From a bacterium (GTDB taxonomy: Bacteria; Arandabacterota; Arandabacteria; Arandabacterales; Arandabacteraceae), in contig JALGWB010000001.1 of the NCBI GenBank assembly GCA_025774405.1, positions 16,609 to 80,608 of the forward strand: a stretch of DNA of 64,000 nt, in the 5' to 3' direction. Of this stretch, positions 52,314 to 63,300 are shown in pieces. The stretch's first letter is position 1, and every line of letters begins with the position of its first letter. The notes beneath the pieces were generated by a model. The model made no database searches, was not told the origin of the DNA, and saw only the letters and a list, made by a program, of their open reading frames with translations. A program made the position numbers and the translations under genes.

Positions 52314-54992
52314 ATGGGTTTCACATTAAAGGTGAAAGGTTGGATTGAGGACTTCGTGAAGGCGGCTGAGGCGTCCAAAGAGGAGATTCCCAAGGCGGCC
52401 CAGGGTAGCTTCACTCGCCTGAAACTACTCTCGGCCCAGAAGCCTGTCAAGGATGTGGAGTCTAGCCGCAACTCCGAGGGTCTGGAGAAGCTTCAGGCAT
52501 TCCTGAAGAGTGTGAAGGGCAAAGCCAAGTTGGAGACTGTTGCCAAGAAAGCCATTGACAACCTGACCGAATACTTTGGGAAGGACTATGGGGCAAAAGG
52601 GGAGGTCGCAAAAGCTTCCACTTATGTCTGCCCAAAGTGCGGCTACAAGGGCAAGCCTGACAAAGACGGCAACTGTCCCAAGTGTGGCACTAAGATGAAG
52701 GTGGATTACGGGAAAGCCTACGGCGACTACGGCAAGACCAAGTATGAGGATTATGGCAAGACCGAAGTTGCCAAATCTGAGCCCCATCCCCACGGCAAGC
52801 ATGTCGTCTATTGCCCTAAATGTGGCTATGAGGAGACAGTCGAGGCTGGCGTCAAGGCTAAGGACAAGAAGTGTCCCAAGTGCGGAACTCGGATGCGGGC
52901 TAGGGAAATAGGTGAGCGGCGCGAGGCTGTCCACTTCAGGACCCTAACTGGCCGACTTCTTGAAGCTGTTGAAGGCACAGAGGGTAGCCAGTGGGAAGTC
53001 ACTCTCATCGAGGCAGGCGTCTCTGAGAATCGCACCAAGTACAGTCTCCCTGTTCTTGAAAAAGCGCTTCCCCTCTTCGATGGTGCTAAGTGCTTCGCTG
53101 ACCATTCAACTGCCTCTGAGCGTCGCGAGCGCCCTGGACGCTCTATCAGAGACATCGTAGGCTGGTTTGAAAGCCCGAAAGTTCTCGGCGACGGAGTCAA
53201 AGGAATTGGGGCTGTCTTCAACATCCTAGAATCAGAACGATGGTTTCGAGATAAAGTCGTAGAGGCCTGGGAGCGAGGCAAACGAGACCTCATTGGCTTC
53301 TCGATCAGCGCCATCGGCAGACAGAAACTGATTCGCGAGGAGGACAAACTCCTCAAGGAAGTCGTTTCGATTGACAAAGTACAATCTGTAGATGCTGTCA
53401 CTGAGCCTGCAGCTGGTGGCAAATTCGTGAAAATGCTAGAAGGGAAGGAGGCAGAAGAAGTGAGCCAACTAGATATTCTGAACACCATCACACTGGAGAA
53501 TCTGAGAGAGGTGAGGCCAGACTTGTTCCCTGAGCCTGCTTCTGAGCCAGAGCCTGATTTGGAGCCTACGCCTGAGCCAGAGACTGAACCATCTCCTGAT
53601 CTTTCTCACCTCACTGAGGCGGTCAAAGAGATCGAGAGCCTAAAGGCTACCCTGGCTGAAATGCAGGATACGTCTCGGAAGACGGATCTCAAGGCGCAGC
53701 TTGACTCGGCGCTTCAGTCCAGCGGTCTTCCCAAGCCTGTCCAGGATAAACTTGGGCGACGCTTCTCTTCTCTCGAATTCACCTCGGAGACTCTCACTGA
53801 GGCGATTCGCGAGGAGAAGGAAGTCTTAGCCCAAATTCTGCCACCAGAGCGTCGTTACTTCCCATCAATCAAGATGGGCGAGAGCGAGCGGGACAAGATT
53901 GACAAGGCTATGGATGGTCTCCTGGAGGGCGAAGATATCGACGGGATTCCTCGCTTCAGGAATCTGCGTGAAGCCTACTCGATAGTCACTGGTACACCGA
54001 TTCTGGATGTCAGAGCTCAGCATATCCTGAATGCGTCGTCAGCCTTTGACTCGTCAGTTGGTTTCTTGCGAGAGGAGATATCGACAAGCACTTGGACGAA
54101 CGTCTTCGGAACCAGCATGACCAGGAGACTGCTTAAGGAATACCGCAAACCTGGCTATGATGACTGGAAGAAGATTTGCTCCAGCGTCGAGACTCTCGAC
54201 AACATGAAGTCCCAGGAGCGAGTCCGCATAGGTGGCTATGTTGCCCTCAGCTCGGTTTCCGAGGGAAGCACCTACACAGAGCAGTCGTATGATCCTCCAA
54301 ATGAGATGCAGAACTACACCCCGACCAAAAAGGGTAACTTGGAGAGTATCACACTGAAAGCTATCGCCAACGACGACCTTGGTGCTCTACGGCGAATTCC
54401 CAAGGCTATGGCCTTTGCAGCCAAGGTGGGTGTCTACAAGGCAGTTTTCGACGTTCTGACCACGAACGCTGCAATGAACTATGATTCAGTGGCTCTGTTC
54501 AACGCGGCCAGTCACGGGAACTATGGGACAACTGCTCTTAGCTATGAAGAGCTCACAAGTGCCAAGAATGCTATGCTGGAGCAGATGGAGCCAGTAGGGT
54601 CTGGTGGAACTGAGCTCACCTATCTGGACGTGGAGCCCAAGTACTTGCTGGTTCCACTAGAGCTCCGAGGCACAGCCTGGGACCTCATCAATTCGCCAGT
54701 TAGGGCACTTGCCAGTTCCTTCAACGCAACTCAGCCCAACATGCACTATAAGACGCTTGAGCTGATTGTAGTGAGGCACTGGACTGATTCTAACAACTGG
54801 TACTTGATCGCAGACCCTTCATTGATTGCAACCATCGAGGTTGGTTTCTATGGTTCTCAGGAGCCCGAAATCTTTACCGAGTTGGCCAATGCTGGGTCGA
54901 ATTTCACTGCTGATAAGCTCCGCTACAAGATTCGTCATATCTATGGGGTAGCAGCTCTTGAGCATCGTGGAATGTACGCCGAGATCGTGTGA
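52314..54992 (+). CDS. scaffold-domain / major capsid protein fusion (892 aa) with two zinc ribbons and a Pro/Glu-rich linker
   Basis: Strong RBS AAGGGAGG; N-terminal about 400 aa is Lys/Glu-rich coiled-coil-like with CPKCGYKGKPDKDGNCPKCG and CPKCGYEET..CPKCG; linker PEPASEPEPDLEPTPEPETEPSP; C-terminal about 450 aa has the composition and position of an HK97-fold capsid protein. Confidence 0.6.
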   Translation: MGFTLKVKGWIEDFVKAAEASKEEIPKAAQGSFTRLKLLSAQKPVKDVESSRNSEGLEKLQAFLKSVKGKAKLETVAKKAIDNLTEYFGKDYGAKGEVAKASTYVCPKCGYKGKPDKDGNCPKCGTKMKVDYGKAYGDYGKTKYEDYGKTEVAKSEPHPHGKHVVYCPKCGYEETVEAGVKAKDKKCPKCGTRMRAREIGERREAVHFRTLTGRLLEAVEGTEGSQWEVTLIEAGVSENRTKYSLPVLEKALPLFDGAKCFADHSTASERRERPGRSIRDIVGWFESPKVLGDGVKGIGAVFNILESERWFRDKVVEAWERGKRDLIGFSISAIGRQKLIREEDKLLKEVVSIDKVQSVDAVTEPAAGGKFVKMLEGKEAEEVSQLDILNTITLENLREVRPDLFPEPASEPEPDLEPTPEPETEPSPDLSHLTEAVKEIESLKATLAEMQDTSRKTDLKAQLDSALQSSGLPKPVQDKLGRRFSSLEFTSETLTEAIREEKEVLAQILPPERRYFPSIKMGESERDKIDKAMDGLLEGEDIDGIPRFRNLREAYSIVTGTPILDVRAQHILNASSAFDSSVGFLREEISTSTWTNVFGTSMTRRLLKEYRKPGYDDWKKICSSVETLDNMKSQERVRIGGYVALSSVSEGSTYTEQSYDPPNEMQNYTPTKKGNLESITLKAIANDDLGALRRIPKAMAFAAKVGVYKAVFDVLTTNAAMNYDSVALFNAASHGNYGTTALSYEELTSAKNAMLEQMEPVGSGGTELTYLDVEPKYLLVPLELRGTAWDLINSPVRALASSFNATQPNMHYKTLELIVVRHWTDSNNWYLIADPSLIATIEVGFYGSQEPEIFTELANAGSNFTADKLRYKIRHIYGVAALEHRGMYAEIV

Positions 54993-55009
54993 TATCCTTT
55001 CTCTCTCGC

Positions 55010-55048
55010 CTGGAGAGTCAGTCTTGCCCAGGGGCTGACTCTCCCAAA
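55010..55048 (+). terminator. stem-loop GGAGAGTCAG / CTGACTCTCC (10 bp) just after the capsid gene
   Basis: Inverted repeat read directly; no strong U-tract. Confidence 0.35.
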
Positions 55049-55068
55049 CCCTATATCAGGAGCAGAAC

Positions 55069-55767
55069 TTGACAAAGTATCTGAGCTCCTACGTTGATGC
55101 TGTGCGTAATCGGCTTCAGGAGGTTGAGGCCAGTGAGGAAATCAGCACTACTGAGATCAACGACTCCATAGAGCTCGCCGTGCGGTATCACAGTCGTTTC
55201 AGGCCACAGATCATCGTAGACGATATCGCAGGCTCTGGAGTCTATGACCTCACTCTGCCTGACACTTGGGAAAAGGACTTCTCGGTTATCCTGGCTGTGG
55301 AGTGTCCTCAGGGCAGCAGGACGCCCACTTACCTTGAGCCCAAGGATTGGATGCTTTATCGGGGTACAAGCGGCAATCCTTCCTTAAGGCTCCTCAGCTT
55401 CACTCCGAGCGCCAGCCAGACTGTACGTATAACCTTTACCCATACTCATTTAGTAACTGCCTCTACTACTACCATCCAGGATGAGGATTACTGGGCTGTG
55501 GGTAACTTAGCTGCCTCGATGGCAGCTCGCCTGCTTGCTGCCCGCTACGCTCGCGTGTGGGGGCCAGTTCTTAATGTAGATGTTGTGAACTATCCTAACA
55601 AATCGGAACAGTATCTAGCTTTGGCCAAGGAATGTGAGAATATCTGGAGGCTCCATCTTGGGCTTCCTCCTGAGGGAGCGCCTAGCCCCTCGTTCCAATA
55701 TGGGGACTGGGATATGACATATTCTTGGAATAGAGGGCTTCTGGTTCACAAGCCTGAATATAGATAA
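55069..55767 (+). CDS. hypothetical head-tail module protein
   Basis: 232-aa ORF after the capsid gene. Confidence 0.45.
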   Translation: MTKYLSSYVDAVRNRLQEVEASEEISTTEINDSIELAVRYHSRFRPQIIVDDIAGSGVYDLTLPDTWEKDFSVILAVECPQGSRTPTYLEPKDWMLYRGTSGNPSLRLLSFTPSASQTVRITFTHTHLVTASTTTIQDEDYWAVGNLAASMAARLLAARYARVWGPVLNVDVVNYPNKSEQYLALAKECENIWRLHLGLPPEGAPSPSFQYGDWDMTYSWNRGLLVHKPEYR

Positions 55768-55779
55768 TGGCTGAGGATA

Positions 55780-56268
55780 ATGGCTTCCACCCGTAAGCAG
55801 ATTTCAACTGCCATCAAAGGCATTCTAGAAACCGTCAGTGGTGTAGGGGTAGTTCAGGAGTATCACCGCTATACCCGCTCCCCTGAAGGGTTCAAAGAGT
55901 ACTTTACTAAGTTGGTAGATCAGTACTCACGGGAAGCCAATGCTTGGCTAGTCTGCCGAGACAGCTTCTCACAGACCACGGCAGGAATGCCGATTCCTCA
56001 GGAGATGCGAGAGCATCAGTGGACTATTGTGGGCTATGTCGGGCTGAAAGATTCAACAGGTTCTGAGGAGACGTTCCAGGACTTGGTCGATGAAATCGTG
56101 AACGCTTTTGAGGCTCGCAAGCAGTTAGGGCTTCCTACCATAGTCGAATATGTCAGGCCGCCCCAGGTTCCAACAATCGACCACGCCTGGTTTGGGCCAG
56201 TTCTATGTCATCATTGTGTGATTCAGTTGGCAGTTCTCGAAAGGCGTACTATAGTATATGCGTCCTAG
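55780..56268 (+). CDS. hypothetical head-tail module protein
   Basis: 162-aa ORF. Confidence 0.45.
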   Translation: MASTRKQISTAIKGILETVSGVGVVQEYHRYTRSPEGFKEYFTKLVDQYSREANAWLVCRDSFSQTTAGMPIPQEMREHQWTIVGYVGLKDSTGSEETFQDLVDEIVNAFEARKQLGLPTIVEYVRPPQVPTIDHAWFGPVLCHHCVIQLAVLERRTIVYAS

Positions 56269-56323
56269 CAAGCAACGAATTGGTGTATCCTAAGTAAGTG
56301 GTGGCCCTAGTTGAGGATAAGCA

Positions 56324-57487
56324 ATGGCCCGCTATGGGAGAGTTCTTCAGTCCAGACGTCAGCAACCTTTAAGGGTGATAGCTCCTTGCTATGAACTAGC
56401 AGCTAGTGGCTATTATCGGGTTCTGCTACCGCTCAAGGTCTTGCTCGACAGGGGGGCTATCGAGGCAGTTTGGAAGGGGATGTTACCCTGCAAGCCAGGG
56501 GAGAAGCCTGAGCGCGGCTCTCGACTTGCTAATTTGATGGCTCAACTCCTCAATTGGGCTAACGTCTACTTCCTAGAGAGAGAGGAACGAGAGAACCTTA
56601 TTCCCATACTTGAGAAAGCCAAACGACTCGGCAAGGCTATCGTGATGGACATAGATGACCATGTAGTTGCCTTTCCTGATATTCCTCAAAGGCAGGTATC
56701 GGATTTTTGGAAGGAGCGAGTGCCCTATTTCCTGAAGATCCTCCAGCAGGTTGATTTGTTGATTACCACTACCGACAGACTAGCAAGGAGTTATAAGGAG
56801 TACCTGGGCGATGGTGCCGAGACAGTTAGTATTCCAAACTTCATCGATACGAGGCATCCTCGCTGGCAAGTTCAGCCTAGCGAAAAGACTGACGGGACAA
56901 TCACTATTGGCTGGATGGGCGGCCCGACTCACATAGATGATCTGGAACTCCTCCGAGAGCCGCTCTCTATTATTCTGAACCGATACCCCAAGGCTGTCTT
57001 CAAGTGTGTAGGGCTGATTCCAGAGTGGTTGGACAGTTTGCCTTCCGGCCAGGTCGTCAGGAGTGAGGGCTATTCTGGCCTTGCTGACTATCCAAAGCGC
57101 TTCGCAGATTTCGATATAGGACTTATCCCACTCACTGACAATGAGTTCAATCGGAAGGGTAAATCAGCGTTAAAGTATCTCGAATATTCGATGTTCGGAA
57201 TTGCCTCAGTTGTCAGCAAAGTGCCCGCTTATTGGGGAGCGGTTAGCAGGAAGCGAGGCTTTCTAACGCCCAATACGACCGAAGATTGGATCAAGTCCAT
57301 AGAAACACTTATCACCAGGGAAGCCCTTCGCAAATCCCTGGGCAATGCGGCCAAAGACTATGTTCTCAAGCAGCGTTCTATCGATGGCAACGCCTATCGT
57401 TGGGCTGCTGCCTTTGAGCAAGCTCGTCGAATCAGACGGAGCCGGAATCAAATCCTAGTGCCTGCACTAGAAGGAGTAGCAATATGA
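56324..57487 (+). CDS. GT1-family (GT-B, Glycos_transf_1) glycosyltransferase
   Basis: ITIGWMGGPTHIDD... and the C-terminal block KGKSALKYLEYSMFGIASVVSKVP typical of retaining GT4-type enzymes. Confidence 0.6.
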   Translation: MARYGRVLQSRRQQPLRVIAPCYELAASGYYRVLLPLKVLLDRGAIEAVWKGMLPCKPGEKPERGSRLANLMAQLLNWANVYFLEREERENLIPILEKAKRLGKAIVMDIDDHVVAFPDIPQRQVSDFWKERVPYFLKILQQVDLLITTTDRLARSYKEYLGDGAETVSIPNFIDTRHPRWQVQPSEKTDGTITIGWMGGPTHIDDLELLREPLSIILNRYPKAVFKCVGLIPEWLDSLPSGQVVRSEGYSGLADYPKRFADFDIGLIPLTDNEFNRKGKSALKYLEYSMFGIASVVSKVPAYWGAVSRKRGFLTPNTTEDWIKSIETLITREALRKSLGNAAKDYVLKQRSIDGNAYRWAAAFEQARRIRRSRNQILVPALEGVAI

Positions 57488-58440
57488 CCATATCACGATT
57501 GACCAAGATTGGTGTTGCGCGCGAAAGCTCCTGGGGAGCCGCTGATGCTCCACAGGTACTTCTGCCTGTCGAGCCGCCTAGTATAACAGAGCCTTATGAG
57601 CAGATTCTGGACAATCTACAGCGTGGCCTCTATGCTGCGGACTTCGGCGCATATCAGGGCGCAGGCCATGTGGAAATGTCGCTTTCTGGGCAATTCTACC
57701 CAGAGGAAGTGGGCTTTCTACTTACAGCTATGATAGGCTCACCCTCTAGCGGTACGAGTGTACCCTATGAGCATGACTTCACCATGGCGACTTCTCAGCC
57801 GCCTAGTCTCGCTATCCAGGACGAAGGCGCTGTCTATAAATCAGGGGCCACCAAGCGACGCTACACAGGGATGCTGCCATCTAGCCTCGTTTTCAGCTTT
57901 AGCTCAGCTGAGGGAGTGCTTGCCTGGTCTGCTGACCTAACAGGCAAACTAGGAACTGCGCCAGGCAGCGGAGCTATCCCTAGTGCTGTAGGTACGTCTC
58001 CCTTCCTTGGCTGGCAAGGAGCCCTCACTATTGGGAGTGCTAACACTCGCCTCATTGACGCTGAGATTACTCTTGAGCGAGAGGTTGAGATGCGGCATGG
58101 CTCAGACGGAACTCAGTATGCAGTCGCGGGTTACTCTGGAGCCTTAACTGCCACAGCCACCATGACACTTGATGCAATAGACAACACAGAGCTTGACTAC
58201 GTTCTTGGTCACTCTTCCAACACAGTTGTGCTCACTTTCTCCTATGGAGCTGGCAATGCTGAGCGTAGCATCGCCTTCACTATGACTAAATTCAACTGGG
58301 GGGAGGCACCAGCAGAACTAGACCGCAGCGGGGTCTTCGTCACTTTGGGAATCAGCGGCAGAGCTCTCTACAATGATACGGATGCTGGGCCTATCGCAGT
58401 TACGCTCAAAAACGCTAGGTCTAGTTACGCAGCTGCCTGA
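57484..58440 (+). CDS. putative major tail (tube) protein
   Basis: 318-aa ORF upstream of chaperone/tape-measure genes; start overlaps the previous stop. Confidence 0.45.
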   Translation: MTISRLTKIGVARESSWGAADAPQVLLPVEPPSITEPYEQILDNLQRGLYAADFGAYQGAGHVEMSLSGQFYPEEVGFLLTAMIGSPSSGTSVPYEHDFTMATSQPPSLAIQDEGAVYKSGATKRRYTGMLPSSLVFSFSSAEGVLAWSADLTGKLGTAPGSGAIPSAVGTSPFLGWQGALTIGSANTRLIDAEITLEREVEMRHGSDGTQYAVAGYSGALTATATMTLDAIDNTELDYVLGHSSNTVVLTFSYGAGNAERSIAFTMTKFNWGEAPAELDRSGVFVTLGISGRALYNDTDAGPIAVTLKNARSSYAAA

Positions 58441-58536
58441 TAAGGGAGTATGGGCTGTCAGCGATGTCCTTGCCTCTCTTTCAGTTCACTTGACATCTTG
58501 GCTCGTTTCTGCTAGAATAAGAAGCAGGAGGTTAGG

Positions 58537-59151
58537 ATGCCAAAGGGAGTCTATGCCAGGGTTCAAGAAACCCAGGGCTATCGCGATAGGAGCTACTGGG
58601 CGAAGAAGATTAAGGCGCAGGCTGGTTTCGTCTGCCAGAGATGTGGCAGGTATCAGCCTGCTTCCCTGTTAAGGGTTAGGCCCCTCTCGGAGAAACTCAC
58701 TCTCGATGCTGGAGAGGTGCTGTGCTTCCGATGCCTAGCTGAGGAAGAATTCGGTGGAGATGTTGTTCTTCTTGCCGACTTCCTGCTATGGGTTTCGGAT
58801 GCTGGTGTATCTCTCACTTCAAATCTCCTCAAACAGTGGACTAGGGAGGGGCTACTCCCCAAGCCCCTCTATGGATTTCTTCCGATGTCGCTTCGCCCAA
58901 AAGTGGCTCTCCTGTTCCATAACCGCTCCCTTCCTACAGAATCCCTGAGGGAACTTCTCTCCAGGCAGAAGGTCGAAACCCTGATTATGCGTAACCTCAA
59001 AACAGGCAAAACTGAAATCCTAACCGTTATAGAAGAATTTCCTGCCATCAGTCTTGATGGCCATAGATACTATTGTCGCAGACTTCTCAACGGAGATATC
59101 CTTACAAGATCAGAGAGGAGGAAAAAAGATGAGCGGCTGGTTCAATCCTGA
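58537..59151 (+). CDS. hypothetical protein with CxxC pairs (CQRCG...CFRC)
   Basis: 204-aa ORF. Confidence 0.4.
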   Translation: MPKGVYARVQETQGYRDRSYWAKKIKAQAGFVCQRCGRYQPASLLRVRPLSEKLTLDAGEVLCFRCLAEEEFGGDVVLLADFLLWVSDAGVSLTSNLLKQWTREGLLPKPLYGFLPMSLRPKVALLFHNRSLPTESLRELLSRQKVETLIMRNLKTGKTEILTVIEEFPAISLDGHRYYCRRLLNGDILTRSERRKKDERLVQS

Positions 59152-59524
59152 GACGATCAAAGTCGATTTTGAGGATTTAGGCTATTCCCAGTTCTGGGTG
59201 GATGTTAAGAAGCCTGGCTCTTTGCTCTATGGTGAGATGTTGGGCCTCGATAAGTTAGGCGAGGACAGTCCTCCCAAGGAGGTAATGGGAGCCTTAGCCC
59301 TGATGATTCAGGACTGGAACTTGACTGATCCTGTGACAGAGGAGGCTCTGTCAGTCCCAACTCAGAAAGACCCAACTCCTCTCTATCGGCTGCCAAACGC
59401 CTTTTTGAGGTTACTCCAGCAACGTATCACTGCTGAGTCAGAGGCCTTTGCAGGGCCTGAGGGTGTGCTAAAAAAAGCCAAAGAGATGCCGCTCGAAGCT
59501 ATTTCAGAGGAATCAAGGGAGTGA
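59129..59524 (+). CDS. putative tail assembly chaperone
   Basis: Start set at Met26 (MSGWFNPE) preceded by GAGGAGG; acidic 131-aa protein just before the tape-measure gene. Confidence 0.4.
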   Translation: MSGWFNPETIKVDFEDLGYSQFWVDVKKPGSLLYGEMLGLDKLGEDSPPKEVMGALALMIQDWNLTDPVTEEALSVPTQKDPTPLYRLPNAFLRLLQQRITAESEAFAGPEGVLKKAKEMPLEAISEESRE

Positions 59525-59674
59525 AAGCCCCAGGCTGGGTAGTGGAGATAGCCATCATGGAGCGATTTGGATGGACTGAGCGGCAGCTCTATGAAGAGAA
59601 CTCTGTCAAGCGCATCTTTACAATTGTCGAGGAGATGAATCTGAGAGGGCAGGCCGAGAAGTCGAGGAGATAGC

Positions 59675-60373
59675 ATGGCAGAGAGCTTCCAGGTGAGAAT
59701 AGACATTCTGACTAGGAAAGACGGCTGGGTTGAGAGCCTTATTGCCGATGGTCTGCAAAACAAGGCAGGTCGCCAGATACTCCTGGAAAGGCTTGGGCCT
59801 CAGCTCAAGCCCATCCTCGACGAATGCACTAGGAGAACTAAAGAGATTGTCTTGGAGGCGTACCGAACTCCAGGTTTCGTCCCAGGCGATACTCTCCGAA
59901 TGGCTTTCTTGGGCGGCTATGGTGAAAGCGTCCAGCGGCGCTTCCGAGCTCAGACAACTCAGACCTGGCCCTGGGCCTATGTAGGTCTTTATCCCCAGCC
60001 AGGAGCAGATACGCTCCAATCTCGCAATCCTGCTATCTACATTCCCTCGATAGAGACAGGGATGACGCCTGCGGGCTGGACAGACTTTCAACATGATGGC
60101 TCTGGGAGACGCAAATCCACAGGCACTGGTGGCTGGATGATGTTTCAGCGATTGGCTTATTGGGCCAGGAAGAAGCTTGGGGTTGATGAGGGAACTCGCA
60201 GGGGACATACTTTCGTTTGGTTGCTCTATAAGAAGATTCTTGAGAGAGGCACGAGAGCTAAGTATCTCTTTCGTCAGGTCGAGGACACACCTGAGTTTCA
60301 GAAGTTCCTTCAGGAGAAACAGAAACGAGTCTTTAATGCAATTCGGAGAGCGTTCCTGCCCTTTCGGAGATAG
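59675..60373 (+). CDS. hypothetical protein (possible second chaperone or tail component)
   Basis: 232-aa ORF ending 3 nt before the tape-measure start. Confidence 0.35.
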   Translation: MAESFQVRIDILTRKDGWVESLIADGLQNKAGRQILLERLGPQLKPILDECTRRTKEIVLEAYRTPGFVPGDTLRMAFLGGYGESVQRRFRAQTTQTWPWAYVGLYPQPGADTLQSRNPAIYIPSIETGMTPAGWTDFQHDGSGRRKSTGTGGWMMFQRLAYWARKKLGVDEGTRRGHTFVWLLYKKILERGTRAKYLFRQVEDTPEFQKFLQEKQKRVFNAIRRAFLPFRR

Positions 60374-60375
60374 CA

Positions 60376-63300
60376 ATGCCAACTGATGTCTTCACCACAG
60401 TATTTGATTTCAAGTCCCGCAACGACAAAGTTGTAAGCAAGGTTGCTGCCGACCTTGCTCGGTTGAGCAAGGCTGCCCAATCTGCTGGCCAGCAGGCAAT
60501 TCCGCCTATGGTGAAGTCCGTTAACCAGATGGTGGCCGCCTTCCCGAAAGTCTCTCCCCGTATCATGGATATCTCCAAAGCCCTTCAGCGAATCTCCGAG
60601 CCAGCGAAAGTTACAGGGAACCTGATCACCGCCCTCCGCGCGGACATTATGAATGTCAAAAAGGCAGGGGGTCCTTTTTCCGCTACAGCTAGAGATATCG
60701 ACAAAGTCCTGAGGAAGATGAGTGGGACTCTCCTAGTCCTCACATCAGGTACGCAAGTTGCTGAAGAAGGTGCCAAAAGATTTCTAAGCGTACTTACAAA
60801 GGACGCTCCCCCGAAAATCATAGCCTTACGAGAAGAGGTTGCAAGACTTGAGGAGGAGCTCGAGGCTGAGCAGGCCATAATAAAAGAAACGGGGTCTCTT
60901 GAGGAATTTGCGGGTGTACACAAGGCGGCTTCGATTAATGTTAAAGATCTCAAGGAAAAACTGAAAGGAGTCAAAGGTGAGCTGAAAGCAGTAGAGACTC
61001 CCTACAAACGTGCAATTGCTCCTATAATTTCCACTATGGAAAAACTTGCTTCAGGAGGCCGAGTTACATCGGGCAAAATTACAGAATTAATGAGCAGAGT
61101 ACGCCGTTTGGGTAAGGACTTTGGCTATGCAGCAGGATGGGCCCGGCCCTTGGTTCGAAGACTCTCCGATATGCAGCGAGCCTTAGTTGATACCGAGAGG
61201 GCAGCTAAGTCTCAAGTCTCTGATGCCCTTAGGCCCTGGTCGAAGACCCTCCAGAACGTCATTGCTCAGTTTGGAACCGTCCCCGCGCCCATGCAACGTA
61301 TCCAAAAGGGGATGACAGATCTCCAGGCATCTTTCCAGGCGGGCAGCCTTAGCGCCAAGCAAGTTCAGCGGGCGATCAACTTGGTCAGGGTAGCTGGCGG
61401 AGAGCTCTCTGCCCAGCAACGCGCCATGATTCCCAAAACTCTGGTTTCAGACCTTGAGAAGCTCTTTAGCGTTCTCAAGAAGAATGAGGCGGTACAGAGA
61501 GAGCTTGGGCGGGCTATGGCTTTCGGCTTTGATCGAGGAGAAAAAGAGATAAAGTCTCTCCGTAGAATGCAGTCGGTTGCCTCAGGTGTGATGATGGGAA
61601 CATCGTTGCTCCAGGGCAATATCAGGTCGCTGGCCTTCTCTTTCGTCTTCCTCAGGTTTGCACAGAAGAAAGCCGTCTTTCAAGCAGCGGCTCTCACTGT
61701 TGCATTTGGACTCCTGGCTAAAGCCGTGAAGCTAGTTATCTCCACTCTCTTGTCTCTTATCAAGGGTTTCCTCTCAATCATTGTCAAGGCTATCAAAGGA
61801 GCTGTCTCACTCATAACTAGGCTCGTCAAGGGTATTTGCTCCCTTGTGGTCAAACTCGTCAAGGGAGCTATGAGTCTCGCAGTCAAGGTTCTGAAAGGCG
61901 CTCTGGGGGCAGCAGGAGGATTGCTAACAAGTTTTCTCGATCTTGTTAATAGGATATTCAGCAAAGTTGCTGAGATAATAGTGAGGAGTGTTCAGAGAGC
62001 TTCTACCGCCTTACAGGGATTAGGTAAGGCTATCTTGGAAGCGACAAGGAAGATACCCCAGATAGGAGAGCCATACGAAAAGGCATCTGCTTCTATTCGG
62101 GAATCAATTCAGAAGCTGCTGGCTGTTATCGGTCAGCCCTTTGTCAGGGATGTCATTCTTCCCCTGTTAGAAATCCTTGCGAGATTAGCAAATGAGGTCT
62201 TTTCACTTGCCAGATCGTTTATGACCTGGGTTCAGAAGTCTGGCCTGTGGGCGGCGGCTCTCCAGGTCTGGAAGGATGCCATCCAGGATTTCATGCCCAC
62301 CTTAAGGGAGATGTGGATTGGCATCAAGATCATACTCATTGGAGCCATTTACCTCAGCATAGCAGCTTTCAAGGCCCTGGGTTTCATCATTGGCAGAGTT
62401 ATGAAGGCAGTGGCTGGACTCTGGGCCTGGTTCAAGAAGTGGCTCAAAACCATGAAGCCCCTCTGGGACTCTCTCAGAATGATGTCTCAAGCCCTCAAGG
62501 AGATGGACTGGCGAGCCTTCCTGCAAGGAGCCAAAGATTTCATTACTAACTTGCCTCCCCAGCTTTACTCTGCTCTTCTTGCAGCCATTGGGCTGATTGC
62601 CCTCTTCTTTGGCGCGAAACTAGCTAGCGCGATTGCCACAAGTCTAGGAGGGCAAGCATGGGGAATGGCAGTCAATGCTATCTTTATAGGATTGGCCGCT
62701 GCCCTTTTAGCAGGGATTATTGACTTTGAGAAGAACCCTGATTTTGTAACAGCTTGGCACAAGCTCCTTGGCGCAATCGCGAAGGCATTAGCGTCAGGCG
62801 AATACTCAGATGCTTTCATGATGGTTGGGGGAGCCCTCTTAGCAGGGATAGCAAGAGGGCTAACCATGTTTATTATGCCTAAGGGAGCACAGGGTGAATT
62901 ATCAGATAGGGTTACCAAAGGAATCAACGAAGCCCTCGGAATGGTTGCTGATAAAGATGTCAAAGGAGGAGTAGGGAAATTAGGCGAGGTACTTGAAGAT
63001 GTTGTGAGCACAGAATGGCTTCGTGTTCTCATAATAGGACTCGCTGCTGCTTTGGCCACGGCCTTCGGCAGCCCCGCCCTGGGTGTCGCGATGGCCGCTG
63101 GGGTTGGCTTGATGTTACGAAATGTCCCAGAGGGGAAACTGAAGGAGGAGCTAGTCAGTTGGACAAAGGACACCTTCGGGCCTGCGCTTGCAGGTGCACT
63201 AGCGGCACTTGTAGTTCCTCCACCAAAGCATGTATTTCGATATCCGAGTGAAGTGGAGCCAGACACGTCTTTTCTGAAAAGACTCGCGACATTCGCGGTG

